DNA of 14,400 bases from an uncultured Bacilli bacterium (GTDB lineage Bacteria; Bacillota_I; Bacilli_A; RF39; UBA660). A model generated the notes under the pieces. That model was not told where the DNA came from. It worked only from the letters and a program-made list of their open reading frames with translations, and did no database searches. Below are positions 7,688 through 13,329 of the stretch, in pieces. How positions within the stretch are numbered: the stretch's first letter is position 1; each line of letters opens with the position of its first letter. Position numbers and translations under genes: made by a program. The stretch is taken from the NCBI GenBank assembly GCA_910585335.1, contig CAJUCU010000011.1, forward strand, positions 3,979 to 18,378, given 5' to 3'.

Positions 7688-7693
7688 ATAGAA

Positions 7694-7875
7694 GCAGTAG
7701 TGATTGGATTATTTCCTACTTTAGCGAGTCGTTAAGGGACTTTAATAATTGTGATGATTAATAGTAATATTCCAAAGGACTAAACTACACGCTGTGTAGA
7801 CGCTACGTTCTACTTCGCTTCAGTCCATTTCCATATTACAATATCATTTGTACTGCAAATTAAATAGGAGGTAGT
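7694..7875 (+). ncRNA. Candidate retron non-coding RNA (msr-msd); boundaries approximate
   Basis: This is an untranslated leader between the promoter and the RT. Inverted-repeat pair B joins 7708-7723 with 7861-7875 (15 bp, 3 G.U, one bulged C) and ends directly next to G7724 in TTAGCGAG. Alternative pair A joins 7694-7704 with 7843-7856 (6+4 bp). Internal hairpins: 7726-7742; CTACAC-GCT-GTGTAG at 7785-7799; GTAGA/TCTAC at 7796-7813; and GGACT/AGTCC enclosing 7777-7826. The 7785-7826 patch is visibly more GC-rich than its surroundings. Confidence 0.55.
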
Positions 7876-7879
7876 AAAA

Positions 7880-8827
7880 ATGTGGAAGTACATAGGAACT
7901 AAAGAATGTAATGAATTTTTGCTATCTCTTAATTTATTTGATTTTAAGAATAAAGACATGTATATAAAAACTATTTATTCTATTACTAATAATATAGAGT
8001 CAAATTACAAAATCTATAAAATTAAAAAGAAAAATGGCAATTACAGAACTATATATGAACCAAATCCATTATTAAAATCTATTCAAAGAAATATTTTGGC
8101 AAATATACTTAATCATAAATCTGTATCTAAATATGCCAAAGCATATCATAAGGGAACTTCATTACTAGATAATGCACTGCCACATATTAATAAAAGAATG
8201 ATTTTAAAACTAGATATAAAAAATTTTTTTGAAAATATATCTTTTTTTGATATTTATAATTGTTGTTTCCCGATAGAATACTTTCCTAAATCTGTAGGGA
8301 TGGTGTTGACTTATCTATGTACTTATGATGGGCATTTGACGCAAGGATCTCCAACATCTTCCTATATTTCAAATCTTGTTATGAAGGATTTTGATGAAGA
8401 AATTGGCACTTGGTGTGATTTGAATCATATTGCTTATACACGATATTCAGATGATATGACTTTTTCTGGAATTTTTAATCCCAGTGAAATAATCATTAAA
8501 GTTAGAAAGTTATTATATAAATTAGGATTAGAATTAAATAATAGTAAAATTCATGTGGTAAGTAATCATTTTAGTCAAAAAGTTACAGGAATTGTAGTTA
8601 ATGAAAAAGCACAGGTCTGTTTAAAGTATCGTAAAGAAATAAGAAAAGAAATATACTATATAAATAAATTTGGATTATGTTCTCATTTAAAACGATGTAA
8701 TATAGATGTTTCTCCTGAAAAATATTTGCAGAAATTATATGGAAAAATATTGTATGTTTTGCAAATTGATTCACACAATCAAGAATTTTTAAAGTATAAA
8801 GAAATCATTAATAAGTTTAAATTGTAA
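7880..8827 (+). CDS. Retron-type reverse transcriptase (315 aa)
   Basis: AGGAGG at 7866-7871 sits 8 nt before the ATG. RT motifs in order are YRTIYEPNPLLKSIQRNI (RT1/2), NALPH (8171-8185), LDIKNFFENI (motif A), LTQGSPTSSYISNL (motif B), YTRYSDDMTF (YxDD, 8444-8455) and KVTGIVVN (VTG at 8582-8590). The protein is short, with no maturase X, endonuclease or other fused domain. Confidence 0.88.
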   Translation: MWKYIGTKECNEFLLSLNLFDFKNKDMYIKTIYSITNNIESNYKIYKIKKKNGNYRTIYEPNPLLKSIQRNILANILNHKSVSKYAKAYHKGTSLLDNALPHINKRMILKLDIKNFFENISFFDIYNCCFPIEYFPKSVGMVLTYLCTYDGHLTQGSPTSSYISNLVMKDFDEEIGTWCDLNHIAYTRYSDDMTFSGIFNPSEIIIKVRKLLYKLGLELNNSKIHVVSNHFSQKVTGIVVNEKAQVCLKYRKEIRKEIYYINKFGLCSHLKRCNIDVSPEKYLQKLYGKILYVLQIDSHNQEFLKYKEIINKFKL

Positions 8828-8921
8828 CTATCATATAGTCATTTTTATTATTTGAGTAAAAGTGAAATTCATAAATCAATAGAGAAAATCGGCAAGAAGA
8901 CAAAATAACTATAATACACTG

Positions 8922-8930
8922 TGATATAAT
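8922..8930 (+). promoter_or_regulatory. Extended -10 promoter (TGaTATAAT) upstream of the 79-aa/364-aa gene pair
   Basis: TG at 8922-8923 and TATAAT at 8925-8930, 31 nt upstream of ATG 8962. It shares the 12-nt core TGATATAATATA with the promoter at 7679. I see no terminator hairpin between the RT stop (8827) and this site. Confidence 0.45.
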
Positions 8931-8961
8931 ATAAGTACTATACGATTTACGGAGGTATTCC

Positions 8962-9201
8962 ATGAAGAATGAAAATAGGCAAAAGGTGGAAGTGGCAAGA
9001 CAATTTTGTCAGGCAGTTAAGGATTTAGCCCAAAACTATAATTTACCATTTTTTGTGGTGACAGATGGGGCTAGTGCCACTAGTAATAATGGTTGTGAAG
9101 CAGTAAAGAATGCAAGAGATCATCATATTAGATGGGAACAGGAAAATGGATATGATCCTTATGAAGATTGGAGTAAAAAAGATGGAACAAAAAATCAATA
9201 A
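8962..9201 (+). CDS. 79-aa hypothetical protein, first gene of the pair downstream of the RT
   Basis: GGAGG at 8951-8955 sits 6 nt before the ATG. The sequence MKNENRQKVEVARQFCQAVKDLAQNYNLPFFVVTDGASATSNNGCEAVKNARDHHIRWEQENGYDPYEDWSKKDGTKNQ matches no family I recognise. Its 3' end overlaps the next ORF by 20 nt. Confidence 0.6.
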   Translation: MKNENRQKVEVARQFCQAVKDLAQNYNLPFFVVTDGASATSNNGCEAVKNARDHHIRWEQENGYDPYEDWSKKDGTKNQ

Positions 9202-10276
9202 TATAATGAATTTGATGGATTCTATTGAATATGGTTTTAAAGATGAAAATGGTAAAAATATAATTAATACCAATCCTCAGAAATGGGATGATGAATTTTA
9301 TAAGTTCTATTATTTGCAAACTCCAGACGAATTGTTAAAATCTAAATGTGGCGTATGTTGGGATCAAGTAGAATTGGAAAGAAAATTGTTCCAGGATAAT
9401 AATATCAAATTTAAAACTTATTTTATTTATATGGTAGATCATGATATGTTACCATCCCATACTTTTTTAACTTATGAAAATAATAATAAATATTATTGGT
9501 TTGAACATTCTTGGAGTGCATATAAAGGAGTTCATGAATACAAAAGTGAATTAGAACTATTATTAGATGTGAAAAAAAATTTTATGAAAGAACATAATTA
9601 TGTTAGTGAGAATTGTTTTTTATATATTTATGAGTATCAAAAACCTAAAAAACATATCACTTGTGATGAATTCTATCAGTATATTGAAACACAAAAATTG
9701 ATGAAAATAAATAAACCATTCTATTTTTATCATTTAGTAAATAAAAATGTTGATATGAGCAATGGTTTATTAAGTCTTCAATATATGTATGATAACAAGA
9801 TGTATGATTTATTTGATAAAAATGTTTTAAAGTATAAAGATAGAATATTAAATGATTGGGATATAAAAAAATATAAGGGAAAATCTAATTTGACTCGTGA
9901 AGAATATATGGATGCTTTAAATATTTTTAGGGGAAAATATGGCTCCAATTATATATACTTTTTTAGATATCCTCCATATAAAAATTTGGGCAATAAAATA
10001 AATGAATTATCTAAGTATAAAGATATTTATAGAATTAATATAAATGATGAAGAGGTTCAAAAATCAATAACTGATATTTTTTATGGCTATGATATGAGTG
10101 ATAGTGATCAGCAATTATTAAATCGGAAGTATTATGAAAATATTTCAGAAGAAGAATACTTTTCTAAGTATGATGATACTCTTTCTATGAATTTTAGTAC
10201 ATTAAATCATATCGGCATCAGTTTTCAAAATGGGTATTGTCCAAGTCAATTTTTAGAACAGATTAACTGGGAATAA
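9182..10276 (+). CDS. 364-aa two-domain protein: N-terminal transglutaminase/papain-like Cys-His domain plus an uncharacterised C-terminal domain (candidate retron effector)
   Basis: I chose ATG 9182 (GGAG at 9170-9173, 8-nt spacer). The track's 9110 start would lie deep inside the previous ORF. In the N-domain, SKCGVCWDQVELERKLF (Cys codons at 9347 and 9356) is followed 34 codons later by PSHTFLTYENNNKYYWFEHSW. This gives C-x34-H-x13-E spacing, similar to the Cys-His-Asp/Glu core of transglutaminase-like proteases. The C-domain runs from about 9716 and starts PFYFYHLVNKNVDMSNGLLS. Confidence 0.75.
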   Translation: MEQKINNIMNLMDSIEYGFKDENGKNIINTNPQKWDDEFYKFYYLQTPDELLKSKCGVCWDQVELERKLFQDNNIKFKTYFIYMVDHDMLPSHTFLTYENNNKYYWFEHSWSAYKGVHEYKSELELLLDVKKNFMKEHNYVSENCFLYIYEYQKPKKHITCDEFYQYIETQKLMKINKPFYFYHLVNKNVDMSNGLLSLQYMYDNKMYDLFDKNVLKYKDRILNDWDIKKYKGKSNLTREEYMDALNIFRGKYGSNYIYFFRYPPYKNLGNKINELSKYKDIYRININDEEVQKSITDIFYGYDMSDSDQQLLNRKYYENISEEEYFSKYDDTLSMNFSTLNHIGISFQNGYCPSQFLEQINWE

Positions 10277-10311
10277 AGCATAGTGGAAATATGTATTAAT
10301 GGGAGGTTATT

Positions 10312-10816
10312 ATGAAAGATAGGGTGAATACTACTAATATAGCGATGCATTTAGTCCAATCATTTTGCTGAACCTAGTATGTTTACGGATAAAAAAGGAT
10401 ATTTTGAATTCTTAAGAGAAAAGAATCAAGGGATTAATTCACAGTTTTGGATCGATTTTGAAGAAGATATATATAAAGTAGAAAGAGAAAAATTGAATGC
10501 TGAAGGTCCAGATGAAATTGTATCGAGGGGTGTTCATTATATAAATGTCCTTCAGGAGTTTTCTAATTACTTTCATATAAAAAAGCCAAATAGTAAGTTG
10601 ATTGTTTGGTGTGGTACTCACTATGATTTCATAAGTCCATTTGCCAAGCAAACTATTTTTGGCTATGAGAAAAATGATGTTGTTAGTGTAGATTATTGTG
10701 GTGGAATATCATTAGGAATTGATAACTCTAACCATATCATTGCTAATGTTAATAATCAGTTTTATCCAATTTGTTTTGAAGATATAAAACCGCATCATCG
10801 ACACTTGGGAAAATAG
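10312..10816 (+). pseudogene. Hypothetical ORF split by a +1/-1 frameshift at a T4 run (19-aa head plus 145-aa body)
   Basis: GGGAGG at 10301-10306 sits 5 nt before ATG 10312, giving MKDRVNTTNIAMHLVQSFC-TGA (10369-10371). The 145-aa track ORF (ATG 10379) has no SD, and its frame is open back to 10355. Removing one T from TTTT at 10363-10366 would fuse them as ...HLVQSFAEPSMFTDKKGYF... The body shows a faint resemblance to the C-terminal half of histidine phosphatases (SKLIVWCGTHYDFISPF). I do not rely on that. Confidence 0.4.
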
Positions 10817-11333
10817 GGACGCCCTTTTCTTTAAAACGAGAAAAGTACTCTCTATTTCTTTTTATTTTTTCAATGTCATCGCTTTTCATACCACCATCAT
10901 AATTATGTTCTTCTCTGTGTTTTATATATTTTAAGTGAGTATCGAAATCTGGGATAACAATAGCATCTGGAATCATATTTACTGAACTGGCACCAATGAC
11001 CCAAAATCCTAGTTTTTTTGCCTGTTCTGTAATAACGTCTGCTTTTCTTTCAATGCTATCGATTTCTTCCTCGCTCCAATTCCACCAATCTCCTTTAGGA
11101 AAAGCATTACAAGATTCCCATAAAACATCCCCATCTATCCAGTTGTTTTCTTTTTGATGTTTCACATAATAGGTTTTTCCAATCCCACTTGGACCATAAA
11201 TAAATAGTCCTTTCTTGTGCGTTATATATCTTTGTTTTAACTCGTTCCAAACAGTAGAACCATCACTAAAAATAATTGGCGTATTTTTATCTAATAAGTT
11301 ATCATTTAAAAAATCATTATCCATATAATCCAT
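10749..11333 (-). CDS. Small P-loop NTPase (kinase-like), 191-194 aa
   Basis: Walker A motif in LFIYGPSGIGKTYYV. AAAGG lies directly against ATG 11333, so the second ATG (11324-11322, 9-nt spacer) is the likelier start. The 3' end overlaps the convergent ORF 10379-10816 by 68 nt. Confidence 0.7.
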   Translation of the reverse strand: MDYMDNDFLNDNLLDKNTPIIFSDGSTVWNELKQRYITHKKGLFIYGPSGIGKTYYVKHQKENNWIDGDVLWESCNAFPKGDWWNWSEEEIDSIERKADVITEQAKKLGFWVIGASSVNMIPDAIVIPDFDTHLKYIKHREEHNYDGGMKSDDIEKIKRNREYFSRFKEKGVPIFPSVDDAVLYLQNKLDKTDY

Positions 11334-11406
11334 CCTTTCGTTCTTTTATTATATCATTATATAATAAATCGGTATAATATTTTGTATTCGAAAAATAATA
11401 TGTAAT

Positions 11407-12357
11407 ATGAAGAAATTATTTTTAATGAAAAATCCTGATTTATTTCAGGGAGAACAATACTTGAATACGAACACCAATTATTTTGAAGGATGGTATTTTA
11501 AAAATGTAAATGGCGAGAGGGGGATTTCTTTTATTCCTGGGATTCATATTAGTGATACTGCAAAGAATGCTTTTATCCAAGTGATTACGAATGATTCGTC
11601 TTATTATGTTCCTTATTCTATTTCAGATTTTGCATTTTCTTTTGATCCTTTTTGTATTACAATTGGCAAGAATACTTTTACAAAAGAGGGACTTCATATT
11701 GAGATAGAAGATAAAAAACAAAAGCTTCATATTTTGGGTGATATTTTCTATTTTGATAGTAAAAATATAAAACCACGGTTTTTAGCCCCTAATATCATGG
11801 GCCCTTTTTCTTATATTCCTTTTATGGAGTGTAATCATGCTATTTTGAGTATGCAAAATAAAATAAATGGTTTTATTAAGATTAATGGAAATTTATTGGA
11901 TTTTGGGCATGGTACTGGTTATATTGAGAAAGATTGGGGTTTTTCTTTTCCTAAATCTTATATTTGGTGTCAGGGGAATTGTTTTAAGAAGGATGCTAGC
12001 TTTATGCTCTCTATTGCCGATATTCCTTTTCAACTTTTTCATTTTAGAGGATTTATTTGTGTGCTCATGATAGATAATCAGGAATTTCAATTTACTACAT
12101 ATAATCATGCTAAAATAGAAAAATATCATGTTGATGATTCCTTATTAGATATTATTTTAAAAAAAGGCTGCTACTTTCTTCATATACAATCAGAATATGA
12201 AAACGGGATGAAGCTGATGGCCCCAGTGAAAGGCAAAATGGAGAAGGATATTTTAGAAAGTATTACGACTTTTGTTACAGTGACTTTGAAGAAGGATGAT
12301 GAAATTATTTTTTCTGATACTAGTACTAACTGTGGCTTAGAAATTGTTCTTTCATAG
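11407..12357 (+). CDS. Tocopherol cyclase family protein (bacterial homologue, function unknown)
   Basis: The N-terminal YFEGWYFKNV motif and the roughly 300-aa beta-rich layout match what I remember of the tocopherol cyclase family in Clostridia. There is no obvious SD before ATG 11407, so the start is uncertain. Confidence 0.55.
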   Translation: MKKLFLMKNPDLFQGEQYLNTNTNYFEGWYFKNVNGERGISFIPGIHISDTAKNAFIQVITNDSSYYVPYSISDFAFSFDPFCITIGKNTFTKEGLHIEIEDKKQKLHILGDIFYFDSKNIKPRFLAPNIMGPFSYIPFMECNHAILSMQNKINGFIKINGNLLDFGHGTGYIEKDWGFSFPKSYIWCQGNCFKKDASFMLSIADIPFQLFHFRGFICVLMIDNQEFQFTTYNHAKIEKYHVDDSLLDIILKKGCYFLHIQSEYENGMKLMAPVKGKMEKDILESITTFVTVTLKKDDEIIFSDTSTNCGLEIVLS

Positions 12358-12411
12358 TTTCATGTATAAAACTGTTCTTTTTTCACATATTATGTGTAGG
12401 AGCGTGAAAAA

Positions 12412-12840
12412 ATGGAAGAAAATATAAATGCACTAGATGAAATTCATAAAGGTGCCTGTATGGGTATGGATGCGTTACACTTTATTTCAGATAAAGTAGA
12501 AGATGATAAGCTACGTGAGGAACTTCGGAAACAGTATGATGATTATAAAAAGATTATGAGTCGAATAGAAGAGATTTATCCTAAATATAATGATGGTCTT
12601 CCTCATAAAACAACTACCATGAATAAAGCTCTCACTTGGTATGGTATTTCTATGAAGACTTTTTCTGACAAAAGTACGTCTAAGCTTGCGGAACTTTTAT
12701 TAGAAGGAGTGAATATGGGCATTATTGAAGGTAGAAAAGTACTGAATAATAAAAATGTGGATAAAGAAGTTCATAAAATTATTGATCAATTTGTTTCTAT
12801 GCAAGAAAAAAGTGTAGAAGCTTTAAAAAAATATTTATAG
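12412..12840 (+). CDS. 142-aa helical hypothetical protein (ferritin-like/four-helix-bundle type)
   Basis: AGGAG at 12398-12402 sits 9 nt before the ATG. The sequence is helix-rich and charged (LDEIHKGACMGMDALHFISDKVEDDKLREELRKQYDDYKK...). The family assignment is uncertain. Confidence 0.55.
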   Translation: MEENINALDEIHKGACMGMDALHFISDKVEDDKLREELRKQYDDYKKIMSRIEEIYPKYNDGLPHKTTTMNKALTWYGISMKTFSDKSTSKLAELLLEGVNMGIIEGRKVLNNKNVDKEVHKIIDQFVSMQEKSVEALKKYL

Positions 12841-12860
12841 ATACTTTGGTATCTTTTTTT
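12839..12860 (+). terminator. Short rho-independent terminator
   Basis: AGATAC (12839-12844) pairs with GTATCT (12849-12854). The loop is TTTG, and the T-run extends to 12860. Confidence 0.45.
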
Positions 12861-12899
12861 CTTGTGATTTATTTAGTATAATAAAAGAGGAGGTAGAAA

Positions 12900-13262
12900 A
12901 TGGAAAAATTAGTATTAAAAAAATGTGGTATTTGTGGAGGACTTGTTGAAGATTTACATTCTAGTCATCTTTCTTGTTGTGGAAAAGAAATGACGGAAGT
13001 TTTATCTAATTCTGTTGATGCTGCAGTAGAAAAACATGTACCAATTTATGAAATAAGCGATGGAAATATTGTTGTTACAGTTCATCATGTAATGGAGGAA
13101 GATCATTATATTGAATGGATAGCACTAGTATCTGGAGAGTCTTTAGAACGTATTTATTTAAAACCAGGGGATTCTGCTGTTGTTACTTTTTGCTCTAAAA
13201 CAAATGGTATTTTATATGCTTACTGCAATAAACATGGACTTTGGGAGACTGAAATCAAATAG
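12900..13262 (+). CDS. dfx: Desulfoferrodoxin (2Fe superoxide reductase)
   Basis: AGGAGG at 12888-12893 sits 6 nt before the ATG. The N-terminal desulforedoxin-type motif is CGICG...CCG. The SOR centre II ligand motifs are EKHVP, HHVMEEDHYIEWI and YCNKHGLW. The 120-aa length is typical. Confidence 0.9.
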   Translation: MEKLVLKKCGICGGLVEDLHSSHLSCCGKEMTEVLSNSVDAAVEKHVPIYEISDGNIVVTVHHVMEEDHYIEWIALVSGESLERIYLKPGDSAVVTFCSKTNGILYAYCNKHGLWETEIK

Positions 13263-13296
13263 TTTAGAATGATTTTTGTTTCATTGTTTAGAAAAG

Positions 13297-13329
13297 AAAA
13301 AGTATTAGATTTTTTGTCTAATACTTTTT
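13297..13329. terminator. Bidirectional rho-independent terminator between convergent genes
   Basis: A perfect 9-bp stem pairs AGTATTAGA (13301-13309) with TCTAATACT (13317-13325), with a 7-nt loop. It is flanked by AAAA (13297-13300) and TTTT (13326-13329), so it works on both strands. It overlaps the stop of the minus-strand gene. Confidence 0.75.

Noticed and set aside
7566-7691. 41-aa ORF (MVIETKVLVICEDLERKVDENSWLLFGEVKIYLLNSIYDII) upstream of the retron promoter
   Set aside because: Only a weak purine-rich patch lies upstream, and I recognise no motif. Its stop overlaps the -10 region. It could be a gene remnant but cannot be supported.
7814-7832. Similarity of CTTCAGTCCATTTCC in the candidate msd to the tRNA-Thr T-arm/3' end (TTCAAGTCCTTTAGTC), as a possible att repeat
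   Set aside because: Only about 10 scattered matching bases with indels. It lies inside the structured leader rather than at an island edge, so it is most likely coincidence.
7880-8827. The RT as a group II intron, DGR, Abi or UG/DRT-type enzyme
   Set aside because: It is too short to carry maturase/X or endonuclease domains, and I saw no intron domain V/VI-like structure. Motif B is QGSPTS rather than the DGR-type (I/L)GxxxSQ, and I found no template/variable repeat pair. Abi and most UG/DRT RTs carry extra C-terminal domains. The NAxxH and VTG motifs favour a retron.
10379-10816. Calling the 145-aa ORF a histidine phosphatase
   Set aside because: Only a loose resemblance to the C-terminal half (..GPDE..R.....LIVWCGTH..). 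There is no RHG motif, and the N-terminal half of the fold is missing. Not supportable without a profile search.
12385-12397. Palindrome CACAT-ATT-ATGTG just upstream of the 12412 gene, as a possible operator
   Set aside because: It is a 5-bp arm palindrome in AT-rich DNA, well within chance expectation, and it matches no known box.
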